Origin: a virus
Taxonomy: Duplodnaviria > Heunggongvirae > Uroviricota > Caudoviricetes
Length of the DNA: 64,000 nucleotides
Strand: one strand, 5' to 3'
IMG/VR virus record: IMGVR_UViG_3300037321_000115
Shown: positions 1 through 9,755 of the stretch, piece by piece
Numbering within the stretch: position 1 is the stretch's first letter
Layout of the letters: each line of letters opens with the position of its first letter
Notes under the pieces: generated by a model
What the model was told of the DNA's origin: nothing
The model's input: the letters and a program-made list of their open reading frames with translations, nothing else
Databases searched by the model: none
Translations under genes and position numbers: made by a program

Positions 1-272
1 TCCAAGTACCTCGTGCGTGGCGATTGAATATGTTCTTATATGGACATCATATCTCCACCAATCTTGGCCATCAATCACTTTGTGGATTTTTTTACGACGT
101 ATGATATTGTTATCTTCGTCTATGGAAAAGAAGACATCACCAACTTTGAGTTTTTCTATGTCGAACATTATTTTAACGCCTTTGTATTATCAAACCTGGG
201 TTTACGGTCCTGTATTCTAATAGTTTAATTGTACATCAACACTTATACATAATACAAGCGAGGACGATTTGG

Positions 273-557
273 TTAAAGATCCAAATCGTCCGTGTCGACA
301 TCTAACAAGCCTGCTTTGCCTGTACCACGAACTTTATCAAGGTTTTCCATCACACATTTGTCACAAATAGCAACATCAAGTGTTTCTCGTGTGCCCATTG
401 GATCGAATATTCCTGATCCGTAATGTCCACTTGTCGAGAAGTGCAATCCAGACATAGGATGCACTTCAATCGGTATTCCATCTCTAGTATTGCAGTTCAA
501 ATTGTGAAGCTCTTTTGAGCACACAATGCATGCTATCTTAGTATAAGTATCTATCAT
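273..557 (-). CDS. hypothetical protein (two CxxC motifs)
   Basis: 94 aa ORF, overlaps upstream gene by 4 nt (ATGA), CIVC and CDKC motifs. Confidence 0.6.
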   Translation of the reverse strand: MIDTYTKIACIVCSKELHNLNCNTRDGIPIEVHPMSGLHFSTSGHYGSGIFDPMGTRETLDVAICDKCVMENLDKVRGTGKAGLLDVDTDDLDL

Positions 558-907
558 GTGTATATCCTTGTAGGAACATTGGCTTTTTCGGCAAGCCCGA
601 TCATCATTTTTGTGCCAATTCCGCCAGGGAATGCTATCACCAATTTAGGTCTACCTTGTTTGAGCATCAACGTGTTTCGTACAAATCCTGCAGATTTTTT
701 GTATTTGGCCCAATCAGCAGGGTAGGCCTCAGCCTCAAAACCACGATCTTTGGCCCATTCTGCTGCAAGTGTGTCTGCTCCTGTCGCAGCGCCGTGTATA
801 ATAATTACGTCACCAACAGCTTTTGTTGCACTGTCCAACACACTACAAACCTTATATCTGTCACCATAGTATCTACCACCACAGACAAGAATTCTAAATT
901 CAATCAT
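554..907 (-). CDS. DUF2493/YspA-like SLOG-fold protein
   Basis: RILVCGGR, IIHGAATGAD, YPADW..Y.KSAGFVRN..ML, AFPGG.GT..M motifs. Confidence 0.8.
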   Translation of the reverse strand: MIEFRILVCGGRYYGDRYKVCSVLDSATKAVGDVIIIHGAATGADTLAAEWAKDRGFEAEAYPADWAKYKKSAGFVRNTLMLKQGRPKLVIAFPGGIGTKMMIGLAEKANVPTRIYT

Positions 908-1182
908 GGCACCACGACTACAAACAAGTCTTTTACATCTTGCTTTAATCTCATTGCACGCGGTGTCAAAGCATCATCATCTTCCAAAGCATATTCCCTT
1001 ATGAGAAATTCAGAATATACGCGGAGTTCTTTCAAGGGTTCGTCCACACCAAACACCAACACTGTCTCATTAAACCCTGACGGATATCTGATCCCATAAA
1101 CAGAGAAATCGTCATTCTTTTCTAGGCGGTAATATGGATAGTATACAGATTCGTATGTGATGTCGTCTATCGTTATTCTCAT
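904..1182 (-). CDS. hypothetical protein
   Basis: 92 aa ORF translationally coupled to the next gene. Confidence 0.6.
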   Translation of the reverse strand: MRITIDDITYESVYYPYYRLEKNDDFSVYGIRYPSGFNETVLVFGVDEPLKELRVYSEFLIREYALEDDDALTPRAMRLKQDVKDLFVVVVP

Positions 1183-1228
1183 GGTGTCATAGAGCTCCAG
1201 TATATCACATTATGTAGTGAGTGGTCAA

Positions 1229-1750
1229 TCAACGGTCGGAACTATAAAAAATGTGTGCGTCGATCTGGGCTACACGATCGTAGCTGCTTGTCCAAAAGGG
1301 CGTCACGTAGTCAGCGTGGAACATTGTTGCACTTTCGACAGGACCCTCTTCGTCTTGGAGCCAACGAATCAGTGCCTTGTTGGCAACTGTTTTTGCGTTT
1401 TCCCATGCGCGCTGTTCAACTACACCTGTTGATGGCCGATCTGGTTTGCCGTCATGTGTCCAGCTGAACTGTTTTGTTTGCCACACAACATCACAAATGG
1501 TATCAGGATATCTTGTGTGTTTGACACGGTTCAGAGTAACCCATGCAACAGCACGTTGCCCGAGACTACTCTGGTTGCGCGCTTCAAAATATACATTCTG
1601 TTGAAGACACAATGCTTGTTCATCAGATATTTGTCTCAGTAAATTGGAGATTTTGACGTCGTTGTAAGAGTGAACACCGATCCCAACCATGCTTGCAACA
1701 ACAAGCACATTTACAATCTTGGCGGCAGTTGTAACAAGTCCAATAAGCAT
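1229..1750 (-). CDS. SleB-like cell wall hydrolase (Hydrolase_2)
   Basis: CL..NVYFEARNQ, AVAWVTLNRV, YPDTICDVVWQ..QFSWT, FHADYVTP.W, HIFY; N-terminal hydrophobic anchor. Confidence 0.85.
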   Translation of the reverse strand: MLIGLVTTAAKIVNVLVVASMVGIGVHSYNDVKISNLLRQISDEQALCLQQNVYFEARNQSSLGQRAVAWVTLNRVKHTRYPDTICDVVWQTKQFSWTHDGKPDRPSTGVVEQRAWENAKTVANKALIRWLQDEEGPVESATMFHADYVTPFWTSSYDRVAQIDAHIFYSSDR

Positions 1751-1811
1751 ATTACATTCTTCCTTTGTTGATATTTATTATTGTACAGAACAGACAATCT
1801 CGTGTCAACAA

Positions 1812-1837
1812 AAAAACGGGCTGTGAAGCCCGTTTTT
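1812..1837. terminator. intrinsic terminator (likely bidirectional)
   Basis: AAAAACGGGC-tgtgaa-GCCCGTTTTT inverted repeat downstream of nrdA. Confidence 0.75.
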
Positions 1838-1857
1838 AATTTTTATTCGCCGTCGCT

Positions 1858-3954
1858 TTAGGCTTCGCAAGCAGCACAGTCCATCGATTGTACACGCTTA
1901 CGTGTCAACGCTTGTGCAGCAGACATTGAGAAGCTGTAATACAGACTCTTTACACCCATCTCGTGTGCATACAGATACAGTGCGTTGATTTCCTTTACAG
2001 ACATGTCAGGATCTAGCATAAGATTCAAGCTCTGTCCTTGGTCGATGTATTGTTGTCTGATTGCAGCGTGATCAATTACTGCATATGCATTTATCTCCGA
2101 GAACGTCTTGAACACTTCCTTCTCTTCATCAGTCAAAAACGTAAGGTGTTGTACTGATCCGTCGTTTGTCTTAATCGACTCCCACACATCATACGTGTTT
2201 TTGTCTTTTTCACTAAGTAGTTTGTCAAGGTAGGGGTTTTTGATTGTTACTTTAATCTTAGCAAGATCTTTGACGTAACAGTTGGAGAATTCAGGTTCAA
2301 TGGACTGACTGACTTGTCCTAAAATAAACGAACTAGACCGCGTCGGCGCAATTGCCATGGTAGTTGCGTTACGCATTCCATAGCCTTCAAGCAGTGGAGG
2401 CTCGCCCAGCGACACAGCGAGCTCGCGTGAGGCTGCATGCGATCTTTCCTGAAGCGTCTTAGCAATCTCAAGATTCTTTTTGGAGGCTGCCTTCGATTCA
2501 AAAGGAATCATGTTTGATTGAAGATACGAGTGCCAACCAAGAATGCCTACGCCCAATGCACGGTGATTAATTGCAAAGTTTCGTGCACGTTTGAGATACT
2601 CTTGGCCCTCTGTCTTGATGATAAATTCTTCGCATACCGTATCAAGAAATTTAGTCATCACTTCAATTGCATCTGTTTGAGCGAGTTCGTCCCAAAAGAG
2701 TACGTTAATTGAGGAAAGCACACACGTAAACGTCTCATCGACAGAAGATGGTAGGGAAATTTCTGCACAGTTGTGTACTAATACATCATTAGCAAAAAAT
2801 GATTGCGTTTCTGGCACTGTGATGTCGTACACAGGGATTTCTTCTTCGTACGTAATTCTTTCTGTTTTGATTGTTTTGCTCGACGAACCATCAATCAGCA
2901 ATTGATCTTCTTCTGTAAGATCTTGAGCCTCGACCCAACCTCTATTTTGAGTGAATAGCTTGTGGTTGGGCGTACACTCAACAACTTTTCCTGTAACATC
3001 GTCTGTGATTCGAATCATATCTTTAGTGGACCCTGTTTGAGCAGCAGCAGTCACCACTTGAAAACCATGTTCTGTTTTAACCTTTGTATCAGATGGGATA
3101 CCGCCAATAGCCCACAACTTACAGAATGTTTCAATTTCAACGACATCAGGAAGCGTGTTGGAAGGAAGTTGTATTGTAATAACACTGTCCCCACGAAGGC
3201 ACATGTTGCTAGCATGGACACGCATATCCTTGTCTTTATAAACCTGTGGCTTGTTATTGTTTACATTATCGCCAAATAGGATGTATGGATATCCCATCTC
3301 TGATCTACGTTGAAGAACCTTAGCCCAAAGACGACGCTTCTCTGCATCACCTGCCTTGACCTGACGAATAAAATCGTCCGATACAACAATTCCTGTTGTC
3401 AGACCTTGAATCGGATTGCCTTCTGAACCGATATCAAGGAACTCGTCCGCATCTTTGTGATCGATGTCTTGATATGCTGTGAAGAACCCTCTGCGAACAG
3501 ACCCTTGCGATATTACAGACGACAGTGTATCATATAGCTGCATAAAGTGAACAGATCCTGAGGACTCGCCTGAATCCTTAATATGGGAACCACGTGGACG
3601 TACTGCACCGAAGTAACCAGAGCACCCGCCACCGTTTTTCATTAGCATGCCGTTTTCAGCAACACCGTACATAATCGATTCCATGTGATCATCAATGTAT
3701 GATCCAAAGCACGAAACAGGTAAACCACGCGCTTTGCCGTAGTTAGCCCACACAGGCGAAGCCAACGAATAATATCCACGACTCATATATTCGTAGAATT
3801 TATCTGCAAATCCTGGTTCGTTAAGGTATTTTTCTGCAGTGTTTGCAATGTCGCGAATGCGACTTTCAGGTGTTTCCGATTCGCTCAAATATCCTCGTGA
3901 CAAGAATTTGCGCGAGTCTTCGTTTAGCCAATAAAATGGTTCTCGTCTATCCAT
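1858..3954 (-). CDS. nrdA: class I ribonucleotide reductase alpha subunit containing a mini-intein
   Basis: SLASPVW, SCF, GGGCSG, RRG motifs; spliced N-M-C-A-E active site; MAIAPT and C-terminal CAACEA. Confidence 0.95.
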   Translation of the reverse strand: MDRREPFYWLNEDSRKFLSRGYLSESETPESRIRDIANTAEKYLNEPGFADKFYEYMSRGYYSLASPVWANYGKARGLPVSCFGSYIDDHMESIMYGVAENGMLMKNGGGCSGYFGAVRPRGSHIKDSGESSGSVHFMQLYDTLSSVISQGSVRRGFFTAYQDIDHKDADEFLDIGSEGNPIQGLTTGIVVSDDFIRQVKAGDAEKRRLWAKVLQRRSEMGYPYILFGDNVNNNKPQVYKDKDMRVHASNMCLRGDSVITIQLPSNTLPDVVEIETFCKLWAIGGIPSDTKVKTEHGFQVVTAAAQTGSTKDMIRITDDVTGKVVECTPNHKLFTQNRGWVEAQDLTEEDQLLIDGSSSKTIKTERITYEEEIPVYDITVPETQSFFANDVLVHNCAEISLPSSVDETFTCVLSSINVLFWDELAQTDAIEVMTKFLDTVCEEFIIKTEGQEYLKRARNFAINHRALGVGILGWHSYLQSNMIPFESKAASKKNLEIAKTLQERSHAASRELAVSLGEPPLLEGYGMRNATTMAIAPTRSSSFILGQVSQSIEPEFSNCYVKDLAKIKVTIKNPYLDKLLSEKDKNTYDVWESIKTNDGSVQHLTFLTDEEKEVFKTFSEINAYAVIDHAAIRQQYIDQGQSLNLMLDPDMSVKEINALYLYAHEMGVKSLYYSFSMSAAQALTRKRVQSMDCAACEA
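2770..3201 (-). other. contiguous mini-intein (144 aa) in NrdA
   Basis: Begins CLRGDS, has CTPNH block B and VYDITV block F, ends VHN followed by +1 Cys; no endonuclease domain. Confidence 0.92.
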
Positions 3955-4004
3955 AGGATCCTCTTTGGTTTAAATGTTGGGGTGTGTGTTGATGATGGGT
4001 GTAG

Positions 4005-4043
4005 AAAGATGTTGGCGAGATTCAGATCTCGCCAACATCTTTT
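4005..4043. terminator. intrinsic terminator or strong hairpin between nrdB and nrdA
   Basis: AAAGATGTTGGCGAGA-ttcaga-TCTCGCCAACATCTTT perfect inverted repeat. Confidence 0.7.
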
Positions 4044-4048
4044 GGGAT

Positions 4049-5287
4049 CTAGAACAGGTCATCTTCTGAAAAAGATTTAGATTTTTTGTTATAACTAGTG
4101 GACCGTTTAACAAAAAAGTCGGAATTTTTTGTGCTAAGAATTTCTTCTACGAACCAGTCTGTTGTTCGTACCTTCTCTTCGTCTACATCATACAATGGCT
4201 TCATGTCAATTGCAACCAAAGACTGGTTGAACCTGTACTTGAGAAACTCTTTTACAGTGTCTTTTGGCATGAAATCAAGATCTACGTCGCCGTATATCCA
4301 ATCAACAATTGCAGATTCTGCCTTGAATGCGTCACGTGCAAGTCGGTTAATTTCTGTCGTTGTGTCCTTGGTCCACCATTCTGGGTTTTCGGCCTTGATG
4401 ATGTTTACAATTTCAAACCCAAATCGTGCGTGGACATCTTCTTCTTTCGACGTTGCTTCTACGGCGTTGGAAATACCCTTCAAGATGTTCTTGTGTTTGT
4501 TGAAAGCCATGATAATTAGGAACTGGGAAAACAAAGATACGTTTTCCACAAACATTGAAAATAGAATTATTTTATAAAAATAATCTTTATCGTCTATTGG
4601 TGCTTGTATTGATTGTTCAAGATATGCAATGCGTTTTCTGATGGCAGGAACTTCAACAATTTTTTCAAATTCTTCGTTCAGCCCCATTATTTCAATTAAA
4701 TTCGAATACGCATCTGCATGTCGAACTTCTGATTCGCCAAAAGTTATGCCAACAGCTTGAACTTCCGGCTTTGGCATCTTGTCACCAATCTTAGCCCAAA
4801 AAGTTTTCACCTGTACCTCAATCTGCGAAATAGCAAGCATAGATCTTTTCACAATTTCTACCTCAGATGGTGTCATCTTAACTTTCATGTCTTGGATATC
4901 AGACGTGAAATTAAATTCTGCGTGGGTCCAATAGCTGTGGCGAATTGCATCAACATATTCTATAAGTTGTGGATATTCGTAAGGTTTTAGATTTGTACGC
5001 TTCCGAAAGATGTCAGGCATATTTTTGTGACGATAAAGAATATATTCACGTGCAAGGTCATGCAGCCCCATATCCATCAACACATTTTCAACAGCAAGGT
5101 GAACAACATCAACCTCGACACTCAATCCGTCATACTCTTTCATTATTTTATCTGTGACGTCTGTTGCGACTTCCACAGGAATAGACTTACTCTTTATCCC
5201 AATAGATTTCATCGCTTTTGACACAGCGTTCTCTATTTTAACGGAACCGAATTCTTCTAGCGTTCCGTTTCTTTTTCTTACCTGCAT
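4049..5287 (-). CDS. nrdB: ribonucleotide reductase beta subunit with N-terminal ATP-cone
   Basis: N-terminal VRKRNG..EEF...KI..AV.KA cone motif; diiron ligands SEVRHADAY and KEEDVHARFG; C-terminal DFF. Confidence 0.92.
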   Translation of the reverse strand: MQVRKRNGTLEEFGSVKIENAVSKAMKSIGIKSKSIPVEVATDVTDKIMKEYDGLSVEVDVVHLAVENVLMDMGLHDLAREYILYRHKNMPDIFRKRTNLKPYEYPQLIEYVDAIRHSYWTHAEFNFTSDIQDMKVKMTPSEVEIVKRSMLAISQIEVQVKTFWAKIGDKMPKPEVQAVGITFGESEVRHADAYSNLIEIMGLNEEFEKIVEVPAIRKRIAYLEQSIQAPIDDKDYFYKIILFSMFVENVSLFSQFLIIMAFNKHKNILKGISNAVEATSKEEDVHARFGFEIVNIIKAENPEWWTKDTTTEINRLARDAFKAESAIVDWIYGDVDLDFMPKDTVKEFLKYRFNQSLVAIDMKPLYDVDEEKVRTTDWFVEEILSTKNSDFFVKRSTSYNKKSKSFSEDDLF

Positions 5288-5391
5288 CTTGTCTTTCCTT
5301 GTTGTTGTTGATGTAACTGAACGCTAGGTGTCCACTGTCACAAATGATATGATGTCCGTTGTGTCACAAATGTTTTTGCGACACAGTGCGG

Positions 5392-5399
5392 TATTTATA
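5392..5399 (-). promoter_or_regulatory. T4-type late promoter TATAAATA
   Basis: Exact motif upstream of nrdB; same motif on minus strand at 9743, 15267, 18467, 22928, 35843, 36789, 50648, 57486, 58922 and 63871. Confidence 0.7.
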
Positions 5400-5448
5400 A
5401 TTGAACGTGTTTAAACTAGCTTGTGTTTAAGCAAAAAAATAAATATAT

Positions 5449-6339
5449 TTACGTTGCCATCGGTGCTTTTATAGTTGGGTGGTATTGGTATCCATCCAAA
5501 GTAAACAGGTCAACGTCGTTCAACCGGAAGCCGTTCTTGAGCCTATCCATCAGATCAAAGGATTCGTCAATCATTAGCGTAGGCAGCGGATATTCTTTTC
5601 TACTCAGTTGCTCGCTAACTTGATCGAAGTGGTCATTATATACGTGTGCATCGCCAATAGAATGTATAAAATCTCCAACTTCCAAGCTACATTCACGAGC
5701 AATAATATGAGTCAGTAGAGAATACGATGCGATGTTGAAAGGAACTCCCAAGAAGAAATCCCCAGATCTTTGTGTCATCATGCAGCTTAGCTTGTCACCA
5801 CACACGCGAAATTGGACTGCGAAGTGACATGGTGGTAAAGCCATCTCAGATAGCAATGTTGGATTCCATGCAGACAGTAAGATTCTTCTAGAGTTAGGTG
5901 CCATTTTGATTTGTTCGATGATATATTCTATCTGATCGGTCCCAGGCTCCGAATCGAAGAAGCCACCAAAGTCTCTCCAGCTAGATCCATAAATTGGTCC
6001 CAGTTCTTTTGTGGTGTCATTGTTAGTGTATGCTAGTTGAACACCTTGGTTATCTGCATTTGATGTCCATATTGTAGTTTTTCCAATAAGATCTGTTCTT
6101 GGTTTCCCATAGGTCAGCTCTGCAAGTCTCCTTTCATCAGTACTACCTTCAAGCATCCAAAGTAGCTCACCTACTACAGATCGCCACGCAAGCCTTTTTG
6201 TAGTAATAGCAGGAAACCCTTCAGAAAGGTTAAATCTCATTTGATAGCCAAACAATGACCGTGTATCTATTCCTGTACGGTTTTTTACATCTTCCCCACG
6301 CTCTAAAATGTCTTCTAACAAGTCATGATATTGCCTCAT
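5449..6339 (-). CDS. td: thymidylate synthase ThyA
   Basis: GIDTRSLFG, ELLWMLEG, MALPPCH, QRSGDFFLGVPFNIASY, GDAHVY; start placed at the ATGA overlap with the frd stop. Confidence 0.97.
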   Translation of the reverse strand: MRQYHDLLEDILERGEDVKNRTGIDTRSLFGYQMRFNLSEGFPAITTKRLAWRSVVGELLWMLEGSTDERRLAELTYGKPRTDLIGKTTIWTSNADNQGVQLAYTNNDTTKELGPIYGSSWRDFGGFFDSEPGTDQIEYIIEQIKMAPNSRRILLSAWNPTLLSEMALPPCHFAVQFRVCGDKLSCMMTQRSGDFFLGVPFNIASYSLLTHIIARECSLEVGDFIHSIGDAHVYNDHFDQVSEQLSRKEYPLPTLMIDESFDLMDRLKNGFRLNDVDLFTLDGYQYHPTIKAPMAT

Positions 6340-6818
6340 ACAGCACTTTTCCTTTTCCATTTGGTGATGATTCCGAAAGACCTGATATCTGTGGTTGAAG
6401 CTTCAAACCCTGCTGTTATTGCTTTCTTTGGAAGAAAGACGTCACACTTGTAATCTCCTCCAACGTTATTTAGCCACAGCTCGTCCACAATGTCGATGCA
6501 ACTTGTGAGAAGACTCGCACCTCCGATGATCCACACGTTTTGATCTTCGATCGATTTCAGCTTTCCTACAAGGTTCTCTGATGTGATGACTTCAACGTCG
6601 CGTGAGGTCTTCATTGTGTTAGATACAACGATGTTGTGGCGTTTACGGAGGGGCTTGAAAGGAAGACTATCCCATGTTTTCCTACCCATTACAACCGTAC
6701 CGTTGACAGTACATTGCTTGAACCACTCTAAATCTTCGCTGTTTTTTGGCCAAGGCAAGGTGTTGTTCTTACCAATGCCCCAATGTGCATCACATGCTAA
6801 TATTGCCTTTATGCTCAT
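6336..6818 (-). CDS. frd: dihydrofolate reductase
   Basis: GIGKNNTLPW...EDL.WF, VVMGRKTWDSLP.KPL..R.NIV, WIIGGA. Confidence 0.95.
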   Translation of the reverse strand: MSIKAILACDAHWGIGKNNTLPWPKNSEDLEWFKQCTVNGTVVMGRKTWDSLPFKPLRKRHNIVVSNTMKTSRDVEVITSENLVGKLKSIEDQNVWIIGGASLLTSCIDIVDELWLNNVGGDYKCDVFLPKKAITAGFEASTTDIRSFGIITKWKRKSAV

Positions 6819-6882
6819 AATGTCCCTCTACAATTGGTTAAAGGGGCCCACGAAGGCCCCATTCTTCATACAAGCTGTTTGA

Positions 6883-8070
6883 TTAAACTAGTTTTGCACG
6901 TGTCAGCACTGTTTGCTTCGCACCGTTGTATACTTTATGTTCTTTGATTGAGGCGTCAAGTTTGACCACTGATCCCCCATCCGCTTCCATTTTGTTCCCC
7001 GTAACCCATGTGAATACATTGCCTTGAATGTCCTTCATTGTGTGAAGATAAGTTGGACCATAGGCTCCTGAACCGAGAAAGATGATTTTTTCCAAAACCA
7101 ATTCCATCCCTCTGATTCGCTCTTTAACAACGCCCACAAAGTCGCTTGTCACATCATGTGTCTTGTCTTTTGGTGCTAGGCGCCTTTGAGCAGCCAGAAC
7201 GCCACTTGAAACCAGCGCTACGTGACCGCGCTTTATAAAATCTTGCTTAAACAACACGCGAAGATTGTCCATGTAATCATTGCCAAATGAGTCTGTTGAC
7301 CGAAAAAGCTCAATGGCTTTGTTGGTCCATGTTGTATCCTCGTTAGTGGTCTCTACATCGAATCCTGGTACACCATCCATCACAAACAACACACTTTCAC
7401 CTGTAGCCACATCACCCGTCTCGGCCTGCTTGGCCTTTGAAACATATCCTACAGTGCGGATCAATCCTGCTGCGATCACCAGGACGCTACGAAGATCGAC
7501 ATAGCCAAAACTACCAAACAAATTAGAGAAATCTTCGTCTCTGATGTTTTGGATTTCCTCAAAGAACTGAGCACGTTCAACGATCGACTTGGGATCATCA
7601 ATTCCGAGAAAGTCACGCAGACATGTCCGACCAACAGCAATCTGCTGTGTCCCGTCTGTAAGAACATATACATCGTTACGACGACGATCTGTGTTGCAGT
7701 GGTCACAGTGACCGTTATGTGTGCGAAAGGACGTATCTAAGGAAACATCAACGCCTGGAACACAATGGACGAGATTCTCACCACCTTCAAGCAGCTCAAT
7801 CCGTGCAAGAAGATTATAGCCGCCTATTTGTGGGGCCTCACCTGAAACAGTAATCTCAACACATTCACATTCGCGCGGCCCGTTTTCTGTGTTAACGGTT
7901 TCTGTTGTCACGCTGCCGAACGAATATACAATATCCTCGTTCCCGTACTTCAAAGCTTTTTTAACCAGCTTCTGAAGACGCTTTTCAATTTGTACTTTGG
8001 AGAAAAGTGGAATCGTAAAAGTTGCAAGTTTCATCGGATCTACCTTTGTGTACGTCTCTAAAGAAAGCAT
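6883..8070 (-). CDS. conserved phage protein with CxxC/C metal motif and probable C-terminal OB-fold
   Basis: HCDHCNTDRRRN and VGRTCLRDFLG; C-terminal beta-rich segment IKEHKVYNGAKQTVLTR. Confidence 0.7.
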   Translation of the reverse strand: MLSLETYTKVDPMKLATFTIPLFSKVQIEKRLQKLVKKALKYGNEDIVYSFGSVTTETVNTENGPRECECVEITVSGEAPQIGGYNLLARIELLEGGENLVHCVPGVDVSLDTSFRTHNGHCDHCNTDRRRNDVYVLTDGTQQIAVGRTCLRDFLGIDDPKSIVERAQFFEEIQNIRDEDFSNLFGSFGYVDLRSVLVIAAGLIRTVGYVSKAKQAETGDVATGESVLFVMDGVPGFDVETTNEDTTWTNKAIELFRSTDSFGNDYMDNLRVLFKQDFIKRGHVALVSSGVLAAQRRLAPKDKTHDVTSDFVGVVKERIRGMELVLEKIIFLGSGAYGPTYLHTMKDIQGNVFTWVTGNKMEADGGSVVKLDASIKEHKVYNGAKQTVLTRAKLV

Positions 8071-8090
8071 GCGCCCTTTTCATCAGGATG

Positions 8091-9113
8091 TCAACACTTC
8101 TTCCACGTGCGAAATCTCAACTGTCCCTCAAGACCGCTGTACGTGTTTGATTTGATCACACCTTCAATGTCCTGCATACCATTCAGATGCATGTCGTTAA
8201 TGTCTTTAGCGGGAACAGAAGATGGCCATATACAGACCTTGTGACCCATCGTCAAAAGCTTTTCCATTCTGTTACAAATTTGAAGGTTCCTTGGCTCAGC
8301 ATCGTGGACAAAAGTTGCATTCTCTATTTGTTCCAGCCCATACACGTTTGTATCTGCACCCACCATAGCAAGAGCGTTTGTCAGAAACATGGAGTCAAGA
8401 GCTCCTTCAGTTATGAAGTAATTCTTGTTGAAGTTCACCTTATCAAGACCGAATATCTTTGGCACTTCTTCAAACATGATGGTAATGTATCTTAAATTGC
8501 TTTTTGGATCAAAACTACGTGCAGAGACGCCAAACACCTTTCCTTCCTTGCTAAACAAAGGCATGACCAATCTCGGCTCGTCTTTGTCAACGTGTTCAAA
8601 TTTGTTTGGAAGAATTGTGTTGATCCACGTTTTAAACTTGGGAGCGTAATACAGCCTGTGATGTTGATGTGATGGTATCTGTCTCTTTTGAATGTATAGT
8701 TTGACAGGATGATCAGACTTCAGTTGGCTGACTTTTTTGATAGAGGACAAGGGGTTTCTATTGAACTTGGGTTTAGGTGTTTTTGCACACTCGTCGATCG
8801 AGTGTGTAGAAGGCTTGTCCTTACTTTTGCTGATGTATTTTTCTGCAATGTAGTTTGCATACATTGGAAGGAAGTTCGCTTTGAGAAAACTTCCGAATCC
8901 TTGACTTGCACCACAATTGAAACAGTGATATTGAAATGCGCCTGTCTTAGGACTCTCGATGATCCATGCACGTGCTTTTGTTTGAGATTTTTGCGAGTCT
9001 CCACATATCACACATCTGAAATTTGCCTTGAATGGGTTCCGATGTTTTACCACATATTTTTGCAACTGTCCTGCCAGAAGGCTGACATATTGCACGTCGA
9101 CAAAATCTGCCAT
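8091..9113 (-). CDS. gp61: DNA primase
   Basis: NFRCVICGDS..HCFNCG zinc ribbon, TEGALDSMF TOPRIM motif, KDINDM. Confidence 0.95.
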   Translation of the reverse strand: MADFVDVQYVSLLAGQLQKYVVKHRNPFKANFRCVICGDSQKSQTKARAWIIESPKTGAFQYHCFNCGASQGFGSFLKANFLPMYANYIAEKYISKSKDKPSTHSIDECAKTPKPKFNRNPLSSIKKVSQLKSDHPVKLYIQKRQIPSHQHHRLYYAPKFKTWINTILPNKFEHVDKDEPRLVMPLFSKEGKVFGVSARSFDPKSNLRYITIMFEEVPKIFGLDKVNFNKNYFITEGALDSMFLTNALAMVGADTNVYGLEQIENATFVHDAEPRNLQICNRMEKLLTMGHKVCIWPSSVPAKDINDMHLNGMQDIEGVIKSNTYSGLEGQLRFRTWKKC

Positions 9114-9135
9114 AGCGTGTCACTTTCATTGTAAA

Positions 9136-9164
9136 TATTGCCCACCATAACACGGACAACGCTT
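9136..9164 (-). promoter_or_regulatory. sigma70-like early promoter (representative of a family)
   Basis: TTGACG-17 nt-TATGGT upstream of gp61; TTGAC(A/G/T)-N17-TA..(A/T) sites also near 1805, 41340, 43230, 44785, 46418, 48010, 49435, 57512 and 63215 on the minus strand. Confidence 0.6.
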
Positions 9165-9168
9165 GACG

Positions 9169-9687
9169 TCAACCGACAAACAAGCTCCAGACCTGCGTCG
9201 ATAACGTGATTAGAACAGCACCGGCTCCCATCACCCACCACTTCCACTGCTCTAACTTAGACACCCTGCTTTCAAGAGTTCGAATCTCATCGTCTAATTC
9301 GTCTCTGTTTTTTGCTATTGCTGTGTATACCTTTTCAAAAGATATTGCTGTAGCATTTTTGAGAATCTTGACTTCATCGAGAACAGAATTAATATTGTCT
9401 GTGAATGCTTTTTCGTTGGATGAGGACATAGAAGTCATCTGTTGCTTTATCTCGCGAACAGAATTCTCAGACTCACGTCTTCTCAAGTCCGCATCAACTC
9501 TTACAGATTTCAGGTCTTCTTGAATTTTATCGAGACGCGATGTGGCCAATAGAATTTGATCAGACACGCGTTCAACCTTTAACACGTTTTTTTCTATGGA
9601 ACTGAAATAACGCTCAATGTTTTGTAGATTTACACGCAAAACAGCAATATCTGTTTTCAAATCGCCTACTTCTTCTTTGTTGTCCAT
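9169..9687 (-). CDS. coiled-coil protein with C-terminal TM helix (possible holin or lysis accessory)
   Basis: Heptad-rich, ends WKWWVMGAGAVLITLSTQVWSLFVG; next to spanin genes and under a late promoter. Confidence 0.55.
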   Translation of the reverse strand: MDNKEEVGDLKTDIAVLRVNLQNIERYFSSIEKNVLKVERVSDQILLATSRLDKIQEDLKSVRVDADLRRRESENSVREIKQQMTSMSSSNEKAFTDNINSVLDEVKILKNATAISFEKVYTAIAKNRDELDDEIRTLESRVSKLEQWKWWVMGAGAVLITLSTQVWSLFVG

Positions 9688-9755
9688 TGGAATTGGCCCT
9701 CTATTGGTATGTTATACACGCCAAATCAGCAACTGCACAGTCTATTTATATCTTT

